DNA from: Calditrichota bacterium | GTDB taxonomy: Bacteria > Calditrichota > Calditrichia > RBG-13-44-9 > J042 | Length of the DNA: 64,000 bases | Direction of reading: 5' to 3' | Assembly: GCA_013150955.1 (NCBI GenBank) | Contig: JAADJD010000062.1 | Span: 49,416-113,415 of the forward strand | Program-made: the position numbers and the translations under genes | Notes under the pieces: generated by a model | Database searches by the model: none | Told to the model about the DNA's origin: nothing | What the model saw: the letters and a program-made list of their open reading frames with translations, nothing else | Part shown: one piece after another, positions 49,700 through 58,502 of the stretch | How the letters are laid out: each line of letters starts with the position of its first letter | How positions within the stretch are numbered: position 1 is the stretch's first letter

Positions 49700-49880
49700 G
49701 CTTCCATCCGAAATTTCGTGTCCACTAAAATCTGCCCCTGCATCTGCGGGGCAATGGGATTAACAATTATCGATTGTTTCCGGGCAATTTGCAAGGTGGA
49801 TTTTTTCTCGAATCAGAGGTTGCGTCATTCAATATTTTTTCCGGGGCATTCCCGGGCAATACGCGTGCATACCGTTTCGG

Positions 49881-51173
49881 TTATATTACCCGTTTCACAA
49901 TCAACAGGGTAACATCATCCTGATTGGCAGCGGTGCCGCAAAATTGAGCCACGGCGTCCAGAATTTTCTCTCCCAGCGCCCGGGCAGAAAGTTCGCCGTT
50001 GGATTTCAACAACCGGATCAACCCGTCCAGGCCAAACATGCTACCATCCGCACATTGGGCTTCCGTGATCCCATCGGAACAGATCACCAGCACATCACCG
50101 GGTTGCATTCTGGCCTGTCCTTCCCGATAGGTTAGCGGATGCAGAAAACCCAGCGGAAGACCACCGGTTTTTAGCTGGCGGATCAGGGGGTCACCGTTTC
50201 GGTAATGGAGTAAAAGCGGTGGCACATGTCCGGCATTGATGTATGTTAAACGGTGTTTGCGGGTATCCAGTTGCACCCAGACCACGGTCGCAAATTTGTC
50301 CTGTGCGGTGAAATCGAACAGATGCTGGTTAATCTTACGAAGCATGCGCGGGGCGGACATTCGGCTGCCCACCAGGGCATGAAAGGCTGCCTGCAAATTG
50401 GCCATCAGTAAGGCAGCGGGTATGCCCTTGCCGGATACATCCACCAGCACCAAACCCAGATTTTCATGTTGAGGGAAAAAATCGTAGTAATCTCCTCCCA
50501 CAAATTTGGATGGCTTTTGAAAGGCAAAGATCTCGTACTGCCGAAGCCGGGGCCATTGTTCCGGTAGCAGATGTTTCTGAATCTCAGCCGCCACCTGAAG
50601 CTCTTCTTCCAGGCGTTTGCGCTCCAGTGCCTCGTGATAGAGCTGAGCGTTCTGAATTGCCACGGCGATATGATCCGCAAAGGCGCGCAAAAACTGAACA
50701 TCACCCTCCCGAAACGGCCCCTCCTTTTTGTTCATAGACTCCACCACTCCAATGATGTGCCCATCCCGGTCCCGCACGGGCACACACAACACGGAACGGG
50801 TGCGGTATCCGCTGCGGCGATCCACTTCGGGATTAAACCGCGGATCCTGATACGCATCGGCAACATTCACGACCTCTCCGGTCCGGGCCACGTAGCCTGC
50901 CAACCCTCTGCCAATGGGCTGCCGGATCTCCAGGGATGCATCCCCCAGCAGCACCTTTGACCAGATTTCGCCCTTTTCCACATCCACTAAAAACAGCGTG
51001 CTGCGATCCGCATCCAGATTGCGGTTTACTTCCCGGACAATAATGTTCAACATTTCATCCAGGTTGAGGGTGGAATTGACCAGTTGAATGGCACTGAGCA
51101 GGGCCTGCAACTGGCCTGTGGTCAAAGGAATTTCCTGCTGCCCTGCCGGGAACGATTCCGTTGTCTCAGTCAT
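49881..51173 (-). CDS. GAF sensor domain plus PP2C-type Ser/Thr phosphatase (SpoIIE/RsbU-like)
   Basis: An N-terminal GAF domain is followed by PP2C motifs GGDYYDF, DVSGKG and DGITEA. Confidence 0.75.
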   Translation of the reverse strand: MTETTESFPAGQQEIPLTTGQLQALLSAIQLVNSTLNLDEMLNIIVREVNRNLDADRSTLFLVDVEKGEIWSKVLLGDASLEIRQPIGRGLAGYVARTGEVVNVADAYQDPRFNPEVDRRSGYRTRSVLCVPVRDRDGHIIGVVESMNKKEGPFREGDVQFLRAFADHIAVAIQNAQLYHEALERKRLEEELQVAAEIQKHLLPEQWPRLRQYEIFAFQKPSKFVGGDYYDFFPQHENLGLVLVDVSGKGIPAALLMANLQAAFHALVGSRMSAPRMLRKINQHLFDFTAQDKFATVVWVQLDTRKHRLTYINAGHVPPLLLHYRNGDPLIRQLKTGGLPLGFLHPLTYREGQARMQPGDVLVICSDGITEAQCADGSMFGLDGLIRLLKSNGELSARALGEKILDAVAQFCGTAANQDDVTLLIVKRVI

Positions 51174-51252
51174 GCTCTGACTCCCTTATGAACGAAGCTT
51201 CACACGGAAAGCAAACACTCTCCGCAACCAATGCTCTGATGATTCTTCCCTG

Positions 51253-51711
51253 TCAGGGAACCCGGTGCAGCATCACCCCGGAACCCGAAAGTTTCATGCG
51301 GCCCCGACCGCCCCATTTTTTACCGGAGCTGTGAAAACCTCCCGTCAGGACATCATTCGAATGATCGATCAGTACATTCAACTCTTTCCGAACAATGCCC
51401 TCATCCTTTACCAAGGGGCCTTCCAGGTGAACGTGAATCACATAATCCGGATTGCCCAGCAAACGCAGCCACCAGCGATTCCAGCGCAATGCGCCGTCCC
51501 GAATCACCGCATCCCCAATTCGCCCACTAACCGTACCATCGGCCTGAATGTACAGATCGAATGGCAGGCTATCCTGCTGACACCAGCTGACGATGATTTC
51601 TCCCTTCCCCTGCCAGTGACCGGCCAATTCGCGAAACGGCATGCGAGAATCCCCGGTACCTGCCATCACCCACTGTGCGATCAGGATCAAAAAGGTCATC
51701 TGTTTCAACAT
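51253..51711 (-). CDS. hypothetical secreted protein (152 aa)
   Basis: Signal peptide MLKQMTFLILIAQWVMAG. No motif. Confidence 0.45.
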   Translation of the reverse strand: MLKQMTFLILIAQWVMAGTGDSRMPFRELAGHWQGKGEIIVSWCQQDSLPFDLYIQADGTVSGRIGDAVIRDGALRWNRWWLRLLGNPDYVIHVHLEGPLVKDEGIVRKELNVLIDHSNDVLTGGFHSSGKKWGGRGRMKLSGSGVMLHRVP

Positions 51712-51771
51712 GATCTATCCTCCGTCAATGGATATGGCCAAATCAGAAGTTCCCAAACCCGTATTCAACCA

Positions 51772-52254
51772 TCAGAAAATCAAAAAATAAAGGAAAAGAA
51801 CGGCCATGATGAAACCAATGATCAATCGGAATACACTGCTGGCCAGAAATCCCAGGAACGCTCCCCAGCCGGCCTTCCAGGCCTCCTGTTGCGAACGTCC
51901 CACCAACATCTCGCCCACCACTGCGCCAACAAAGGGCCCCAGAATCAATCCCCAGATGCTCAGGATCATAAAACCCACCACCGCGCCAATGATTGCCCCC
52001 CAGACACCAGCGGATGTGGCTCCGAACTTTTTCGCCCCTACAGCACCTGCCAGATAATCCATCACATAGGTCAGTGTGGTTACAATTCCCAGCACGACCA
52101 TCGTCGTCCACCCGTAATCGCTCCAGCCGGAGACCAGTCCCCAGACCAGGTAGCCCACATAAATCAGCGCAATTCCCGGCAACAGGGGAATCAATGTGCC
52201 CACCAATCCCACCGCAATGCAGATGAGTGCAACGATCAACCCAAGGGTTTGCAT
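51772..52254 (-). CDS. DUF456-like small integral membrane protein
   Basis: Four hydrophobic helices with Gly-rich GAVVG repeats. Confidence 0.55.
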   Translation of the reverse strand: MQTLGLIVALICIAVGLVGTLIPLLPGIALIYVGYLVWGLVSGWSDYGWTTMVVLGIVTTLTYVMDYLAGAVGAKKFGATSAGVWGAIIGAVVGFMILSIWGLILGPFVGAVVGEMLVGRSQQEAWKAGWGAFLGFLASSVFRLIIGFIMAVLFLYFLIF

Positions 52255-52307
52255 GGTTATTTTCCTGTTAATTTGTTCGTTTCAATATGCATGAATTGTC
52301 CCGAAAA

Positions 52308-53141
52308 TCAAACGTCTATCTGGATGTTTATTACCGGCCCGGTGAACAACGGCAACTGCAGGTACAGGTCGGGTTGACCGGCAAGCCTTTCGAGCCAATC
52401 CTTAAGCAATCCGAACTGTAAAAACCACGGGAGCGGGTCGATGTACTCAAAGGCCAGGGCATATTTGCGACCGGGCGTGGGATTTTCCAGCAGGCGCCAG
52501 AATCGGGTGCGGGCGTCCTCGACCATGGCCGCTGCTCGTTGCTGCAGAAAGGAAGAGATGTCTGCCGTACTCGTTGACGCAGTGCTCTTCAACCACCGGT
52601 AGAAATCCTGCATAAAGGTGCTGGCCACATCGGTCATGATGTAATCCCCCAAACGCAGATTGAATTTGAGATCGGATTCATCGACCCGAACATTTTCCAG
52701 ATGAAAAATGGGGGCTTCGGTGGCAAATGTTTCCGGCACAAACCGATGGCCATAAACCGTGATAAGAGGTGCCAGATACAGGCTACACAGAAGAACCGTT
52801 TTTGACAGGAAAGCCGCGGTTTCCGAAGGAAAATGCGATTCCGAAAAGGGAATGGGAAACGGAAATGCCAGGCGGATGAACGGTTCTTTTTCCAATTGCG
52901 GATATTGTGCGACGGCTGTGTCGTCGGCAGCCACCACTCCAATCCGGCGATACCGAAACTTGCGCACCAGTAAATTCAGAAGGACTTCATTCACATAGGG
53001 ATCGGTAACGGCAATAACACCTTTTACGTTGGCCACCAGATACAGATACTGATTCCAGGGTACGAGCGTCATCCGTATTTCCTCTCCCGCTCTGTTAGAA
53101 TTTAACCAATAGTGAATATCCAGCAAACAGATAATGCACAA
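52308..53141 (-). CDS. hypothetical protein (277 aa)
   Basis: Clean ORF, no motif. The start could be internal (MTLVPW at about 53072). Confidence 0.4.
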   Translation of the reverse strand: MCIICLLDIHYWLNSNRAGEEIRMTLVPWNQYLYLVANVKGVIAVTDPYVNEVLLNLLVRKFRYRRIGVVAADDTAVAQYPQLEKEPFIRLAFPFPIPFSESHFPSETAAFLSKTVLLCSLYLAPLITVYGHRFVPETFATEAPIFHLENVRVDESDLKFNLRLGDYIMTDVASTFMQDFYRWLKSTASTSTADISSFLQQRAAAMVEDARTRFWRLLENPTPGRKYALAFEYIDPLPWFLQFGLLKDWLERLAGQPDLYLQLPLFTGPVINIQIDV

Positions 53142-53423
53142 CCACCATAGGATTTTTTCGAACCATTAAGGCAGCTCCGACTACCTAAGGACACGTGCGG
53201 GAGATGTCACAGCTTTCCAGACACCGCCTAACGTTTCCATTAAGCACCGTGGACAGCCACTCGATGAGCAATTTTCCTGTCGTTCTGACAAGGCATCGAG
53301 AAAAAACCATGCAAGCGTAATCCTTCGCATTTTTATCCCTCACGGAAAGCGTTTTTCCACAGGTTTTTCAAATCGTGGTTTCATTTATTCGATATCACCC
53401 CCTAAATTCGGCCTTCAGATAAC

Positions 53424-54980
53424 GTGAAACCATATATGGAAACACGCACACTGTACTGGATCGCTTTTGTTGCCTACAGCCTGCTGGTTCTGGGCATTGG
53501 TTACCATACCTGGCGGCGGCATCGACATCGGGGAAGCGCGGTTAGCAACCAAACATATTGGGCGGCAGACCGCCAGCTCTCTGGCTGGTCGGTGGGGCTA
53601 TCCATTTCCGCAAGTATGATGTCCATAAGCTGGTCCTGTGTGTATGGCGTTCAACTATTTTACTGGTATGGTGTGGGAGCCATCTGGCTGCTCATCATTC
53701 CCTGGTTACTGACGATGGCCGGGTTTTACCTTCTATCGCCGCGGTTTCGCCGGATGGCGGTTTTTTCCCAGCCAGAGCTTCTGGAAAAACGCTTTGGCAT
53801 ACGATCCCGGCAATTGCTTTCGCCGGCACTGATTCTGGTGTTCACCGTCTGGGGCGGTGCCGAAATTTATGCCGCAGGGATCACCCTGCAACCCTTTCTG
53901 GGACTCCCATTGCCCTGGACACTTCTGATCATCGCCTGCATCGTTGCGGCGTATTCCTTTCTGGGCGGGTTTGGCGCTGTGGTATCAACTGACAAAATTC
54001 AATTTTTACTGGTGGCCGGTTTTATTTCCCTGATGGCCTTTCTGGGTTTCAAGGGGTTGCAGACACACGATCAAGTGCTGGATGTGGTTCAATTAACCCG
54101 GCTGGCTCCGAAATCCCAAAGCGGCATTCCCTGGCTGTTTTCTCCGGGGCCGGCACTGATTCTCATCACCCTGTTCGTTTACCTGCCGGGATGGCTGGTC
54201 GAAACCGACGTATGGATTCGCCTGCAGGCCGCCCGCAGCAACCCCGAAGCCCGCAAAGGCATCTTTCTGGCCGCTGTGAATTCCCTGATTTTCGTTGGAA
54301 TCGTACCCATGATTATCGGCCTCAGCGCTCTGGCCATCTATCCTGCAATCAACGGCGAAATTCCTGCCCGATTACAGGATGGGGCCTTCATATTTGGCGC
54401 CTTCATGCAGGATTTCTCCTCCAGCTGGCTGAATCTGATTCTGGGGATTGGCCTGCTGGCTGCATCCATGTCCACCGTGGATACCTGCGGCAACGTGGTG
54501 GCCCTGTCCGCATCCTATGACCTGCTGGAACCGCGGTTAAAGCACCGCTGGTCACCCCACCGGTTAAACCTGCTGTCGCGCTGGATGTCTGCCGGGGCCA
54601 TCTTTCTGGCGTTCTTTTATGCCCTGTTTACGGAATCGCTGTGGGATATATTCTACCTCTCTTCTGGTATTTTAACCACCACCGTTTTCCTGCCGGTGGT
54701 GGCGGCATTTCATCCAGGAACCCACTCCCGAATGATTCACGGGGCCATCCTTTTCGGTTTTGCAGGAACCCTGATTTTCTACTTTTTAGAATCCCGGGGC
54801 CACCTGTCTGTTATTGAACCACAGTGGCTATCTCAAACCGGTCTGGGTTACATCATCTGGGGATTCCTGGCCTCCATCCTGGGATTCCTTATGGGTTCCC
54901 GGATTCCGCCTCATCCCGGAAACCTTGCCACTGAAAAAGACACCGTTCACCATTCATCCAAAGGGAGGAATCGTTCATGA
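53424..54980 (+). CDS. sodium:solute symporter family (SSF) transporter
   Basis: About 13 TM helices with an SSF-like pattern. The start is GTG 53424 or ATG 53434. Confidence 0.75.
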   Translation: MKPYMETRTLYWIAFVAYSLLVLGIGYHTWRRHRHRGSAVSNQTYWAADRQLSGWSVGLSISASMMSISWSCVYGVQLFYWYGVGAIWLLIIPWLLTMAGFYLLSPRFRRMAVFSQPELLEKRFGIRSRQLLSPALILVFTVWGGAEIYAAGITLQPFLGLPLPWTLLIIACIVAAYSFLGGFGAVVSTDKIQFLLVAGFISLMAFLGFKGLQTHDQVLDVVQLTRLAPKSQSGIPWLFSPGPALILITLFVYLPGWLVETDVWIRLQAARSNPEARKGIFLAAVNSLIFVGIVPMIIGLSALAIYPAINGEIPARLQDGAFIFGAFMQDFSSSWLNLILGIGLLAASMSTVDTCGNVVALSASYDLLEPRLKHRWSPHRLNLLSRWMSAGAIFLAFFYALFTESLWDIFYLSSGILTTTVFLPVVAAFHPGTHSRMIHGAILFGFAGTLIFYFLESRGHLSVIEPQWLSQTGLGYIIWGFLASILGFLMGSRIPPHPGNLATEKDTVHHSSKGRNRS

Positions 54981-55432
54981 AAAGCAGTCTCCTCTTCGCA
55001 ATCTTAGCCGGCACCTTCTGGGGTGTGGGTGGCTATTTCGAAAAAGCCGGATTGCAACTGTTGAAAATGCCCCCTATCGTCGGCATTACCATCCGTACCG
55101 GCATTGCACTGATCCTGCTGGGCATCATTTCCATACCCGCCTGGCAAACGCTGGAAAAAACGTCGGCCATTTCTGGATGGGTCATGCTGGTCATTGGCGG
55201 CGGCATCGTTGCAGGGACTCTGGGAATGTGGAGTTTTTATGCGGCGCTTTCACATTCTCAAAATCTTGGGGTAACGCTGGCCATCGCCTTTGCCTTTTCG
55301 CCCCTTGCCGGCACCATGACCGGACTTTTGAAAGGGACTCAACAGATGGACTGGAAAATTGCGCTGGGATTGATTTTTATTATTGGCGGAATGATTCTAA
55401 TCCAGCTGGCTCATCAGGGCACCCGATCGTGA
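54977..55432 (+). CDS. small EamA-like (DMT superfamily) 4-5 TM membrane protein
   Basis: Hydrophobic. A 4 nt ATGA overlap with the SSF gene suggests translational coupling. Confidence 0.55.
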   Translation: MKSSLLFAILAGTFWGVGGYFEKAGLQLLKMPPIVGITIRTGIALILLGIISIPAWQTLEKTSAISGWVMLVIGGGIVAGTLGMWSFYAALSHSQNLGVTLAIAFAFSPLAGTMTGLLKGTQQMDWKIALGLIFIIGGMILIQLAHQGTRS

Positions 55433-55524
55433 GAAATGAACAATCCCTTCCTGCGTCCCGGTGCAGGAAGGGATTCACCCATCCCAAAGTTTTCCCGATT
55501 CGCCCCATTAATCATCGGCTATCC

Positions 55525-55652
55525 AATAAACCCTCAACAAGTTTCCATCCAAGATATAATCTTTTTATTTGTGTTCATTCGTGTTATTCGTGGTCTCATG
55601 GATAAATCGCATTGTGTCGCGCTCATCGTGCTCAAAACAGAATCCAGATTAA
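55525..55652 (+). mobile_element. MITE-like element partial copy K (right half only)
   Basis: AATAAACCCTCAACAAGTTTCCATCCAAGATATAATCTTTTTATTTGTGTTCATTCGTGTTATTCGTGGTCTCATGGATAAATCGC ... CAGATTAA. Confidence 0.45.
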
Positions 55653-57019
55653 AATTTGTAAGAAAGACCGATCATGACCCGCGTTACCCGGATATCTTCC
55701 AGCGTTCCACCCGGCGTCAAGGCGTCTTCGGACTCCTGCTTCCAGGCACCATACAGATAGGTGATGTTTAACGATACGTACTGATCCAGTTTAAAGCCCA
55801 ATCCAGAGGTCAAATACACCCGATCCATCGTTTTGGGGGCACCCTGGTAAGGCGCGGGAATGTAAATGTAACCACCGCGCACACGAAGCATTTCCCCCAG
55901 TGCCCATTCACCGCCGATCTGATAGCGGATGGTCTCCCGATACTCCCGCCGGATAACGCGATTTTCATCCAGTAAAGCGGCATAATCGGGATCGTCCATG
56001 GAATTCTCCGGGATGACAAACCGGGTTTGCGACCAATCCCGATACCGGAAACTGGCGGCCAGGGTGAACGGCTTCACCCTCAACGAAATACCGCCATCGA
56101 AATAAAACGGCGTCTGGACTTTGTACTGGAATTCTCCTCGATCCAGTTCTTGCTGGTCACTAAAACCATCGTCGTAGACCAGTTCATCGGTTGCCAGATA
56201 GGATTCGGTTACCGTAAAGGTCACCGGCAATCCAATGGTAGCCCCCAGACGGGCAAATCCGCCCAGTTTAAACATACCCCCAATTTTCATCCCGATGGCC
56301 GAATACTGGGACTGGATGGACTCTTCGTATTTGTACGAATAAAAATCGGCTACCATTTTAGGTTCTGAGTATTCATTGTAAATATCTTCCTGGTAAAAGA
56401 ACAATTGATAATTTTCCCGTCCCCGCCAGATGTCCAGACTGACCCCGAGGTCAAAATTGGGGGACAACGCAATGGCCGCCGCAACGCTCCAGTTCCGTAA
56501 TCCACCTTCGTTGTTCACTTCCTCGGTCTGCTGGACATTCTTATCAAACGGGTAATAAACTTCCTGCCCATCTTCGATAACCGGGATTTCCAGACCATTG
56601 CTCTGGGTATTGAATCCCTCAAAGAGCAGGGAACGATCAAAATCTTTCACCCGGTTGTAACCAAAGCCAAGCACAAAGCTGCCTCGCGTGGTAGGAAGAG
56701 GCAGGGCAAATCCAATCGCCCGCACCTGGGTAAAGCCCTGACTTTGATCGGTGGTTACACCATAAAAGGTTGCCGAATTGTTGAAATTTATGTGAGACAA
56801 TTCTCCATAAAATTCCGATTGCCGCAGGGAAGCCAGTCCCGCTGGATTCCAGTAGATGGATAAATAATTATCCGTGGTTGCGGTGAAAGCACCGCCCATG
56901 GACAGGGCACGGGCACCAAAGCCCATCTCGTCCTGCACAATCCGAACCGCATCGAACGCACTTTGACCCCACAGGTTGACACCGAGCATCAGTAACAGAG
57001 AAACAACACCCCGCCACAT
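55649..57019 (-). CDS. outer-membrane beta-barrel protein, FadL-like (paralogue of the 41244-42533 gene)
   Basis: The signal peptide, the NPAGLA motif and the C-terminal ...LSYKF support the call. Confidence 0.65.
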   Translation of the reverse strand: MWRGVVSLLLMLGVNLWGQSAFDAVRIVQDEMGFGARALSMGGAFTATTDNYLSIYWNPAGLASLRQSEFYGELSHINFNNSATFYGVTTDQSQGFTQVRAIGFALPLPTTRGSFVLGFGYNRVKDFDRSLLFEGFNTQSNGLEIPVIEDGQEVYYPFDKNVQQTEEVNNEGGLRNWSVAAAIALSPNFDLGVSLDIWRGRENYQLFFYQEDIYNEYSEPKMVADFYSYKYEESIQSQYSAIGMKIGGMFKLGGFARLGATIGLPVTFTVTESYLATDELVYDDGFSDQQELDRGEFQYKVQTPFYFDGGISLRVKPFTLAASFRYRDWSQTRFVIPENSMDDPDYAALLDENRVIRREYRETIRYQIGGEWALGEMLRVRGGYIYIPAPYQGAPKTMDRVYLTSGLGFKLDQYVSLNITYLYGAWKQESEDALTPGGTLEDIRVTRVMIGLSYKF

Positions 57020-57047
57020 AAATATTCACTCCCTTCTTTAACCTTTT

Positions 57048-58328
57048 TTAACGCCGTTTAATCGTTGCCCGGGAAGACGTTCCCCGGCTGGAACTGGAAG
57101 AGCGGCTGCTTCCGCTCCAGCTGCTTCGCGAAGAGGAACTGGATGAAGACCGATAACTGGGCCGGCTGGACGATCGAGACGGCGACCGATAGCTGGGCCG
57201 ACTGGAAGAACTGGATCGGCTGGATCGATAGGATGGCCGGGACGAGCTGCTCTTCCGGGCAGGCGCTACCGACTCCTGACGTGACTTTCGATAGCTCCGG
57301 TACTTTTTAGTTTCGCTACTGCGAGTCCGTCGGATTTCCCGGGTGTGCGAAGATCCATTTTCCCGCGCGCGAACCACTTTCTTTTCCGTCCGCCGCGGGC
57401 TTTTAGTCCGAACCACCTTGCGCTCACTTCGCTTTGAAGAGCGGACGTCTTTCTTGACTCGCCTCTTTTCTTCGGTGCTCAATCGGGCGCGTTTGCGCTC
57501 CCGATCGTAAATCTTCCGGATAATGCGCTGCTTGTCCGCATTGCGATTGCCATTAGTTAACTCCTTCGGAACCCGGGTGCGGATAATTTCTGGCGTTCGG
57601 CGCCGATTCCGTTCGCGATCAGGAACCTCCCGCTCCACCACGGTACGCTGTTTCCGCTCCGCCACCTGGCCGCGCTTACCGTTGCTGACCACCGGACTGG
57701 AAGCGACCGGTCGGACACCCCCAACCAGCGTCCGATCCGACGGTTCTCGATCACGAATCAGTGGTTTACGGCGATCCCACTCACGCCGCTTGGTCGGCGC
57801 GCGATCCACCACATATCCATAGTTGATCCATCCGCCCCAGTAAAATCCATCCCAATAATACGGCGAATATCCATAAAACCCCCAATAGCCAGTGTAATAA
57901 TAATCCCACCAGTAGTACGGATAAGACCAATACGGATAATACACCACTACCGGAGGTGGGTAATACCAGAACGGTCGACCAAAATGCAATCCAATGTGAA
58001 CACTAACAAAGGGGCCATAGAAGGGATCATAAAAGAATGGATCGTAATAAAACGGATCATAGAAAAACGGATCGTACCAGCCGCCAACAATGTAATCACG
58101 ATTGTAAAAGTAATAATTTTTAACAATGGTACGACCATAGCCGTAGTCATCGTAAGCCTCTTCCTCGTAAACGGTGTCTACCTCAGCAGTGGTATACTCT
58201 TCATCCGAATACACCACTGTGGTGGAGGTGACACCCCTCGTGGTACCAAACGTGGTATAACATCCCTGAAAAAGTAACAGCGAAACAACCGCTGTTGTTA
58301 TCATCAAAATGGATCGCCAGGATTTCAT
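57048..58328 (-). CDS. unusual lipoprotein with an aromatic-rich (Y/W/F/P) block plus an Arg/Lys/Ser-rich repetitive tail
   Basis: MKSWRSILMITTAVVSLLLFQGC is a signal with lipobox Cys. YDPFF occurs four times and a WYYPPPVVVYYPYWSYPYYWWDYYYTGYWGFYGY block follows. The C-terminal 230 aa carry about 40% R/K/S with three SSSRPSYRS units. GAGGTG lies upstream of ATG 58326-58328. Confidence 0.6.
   Translation of the reverse strand: MKSWRSILMITTAVVSLLLFQGCYTTFGTTRGVTSTTVVYSDEEYTTAEVDTVYEEEAYDDYGYGRTIVKNYYFYNRDYIVGGWYDPFFYDPFYYDPFFYDPFYGPFVSVHIGLHFGRPFWYYPPPVVVYYPYWSYPYYWWDYYYTGYWGFYGYSPYYWDGFYWGGWINYGYVVDRAPTKRREWDRRKPLIRDREPSDRTLVGGVRPVASSPVVSNGKRGQVAERKQRTVVEREVPDRERNRRRTPEIIRTRVPKELTNGNRNADKQRIIRKIYDRERKRARLSTEEKRRVKKDVRSSKRSERKVVRTKSPRRTEKKVVRARENGSSHTREIRRTRSSETKKYRSYRKSRQESVAPARKSSSSRPSYRSSRSSSSSRPSYRSPSRSSSRPSYRSSSSSSSRSSWSGSSRSSSSSRGTSSRATIKRR
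57150..57250 (-). repeat. about 27-30 bp imperfect tandem DNA repeats (x3) encoding the SSSRPSYRS units
   Basis: CGATAACTGGGCCGGCTGGACGATCGAGA, CGATAGCTGGGCCGACTGGAAGAACTGGA and CGATAGGATGGCCGGGACGAGCTGCTCTT. Confidence 0.5.
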
Positions 58329-58363
58329 GTCGATCACCTCACTTTAGTTCTACCCTTTTCTAA

Positions 58364-58380
58364 CTCAATATATGTGCCAA
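58364..58380 (-). promoter_or_regulatory. candidate sigma54 promoter (-24 TGGCAC, N5, -12 TTGAG) upstream of the lipoprotein-OMP operon
   Basis: The minus strand reads TTGGCACATATATTGAGTTA. The -24 element and spacing are exact, but the -12 element is TTGA instead of TTGC. The site lies about 35 nt upstream of the ATG and next to the NtrC-family regulator. Confidence 0.35.
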
Positions 58381-58502
58381 AAGATTCTGTGGAAAAGGGA
58401 ATATCACAAAACGACCGATTTTTCTTGAAAAATCAACGGGTTTGCCCATGCTCCTGAATGGCGGGACGATCAGACCACTGTCAACTTTGTTGACACAAGG
58501 TG

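Noticed and set aside
54814-55605. 263 aa plus-strand ORF spanning the SSF transporter 3' end and the EamA-like gene
   Set aside because: It is in a different frame overlapping two hydrophobic, well-structured membrane-protein ORFs. Its translation is His/Arg/Cys-rich low complexity.
58364-58368. Plus-strand reading of the sigma54-like site (CTCAA N5 GTGCCA)
   Set aside because: It is a promoter for the minus-strand operon only. It has no meaning on the plus strand, where no downstream gene exists.
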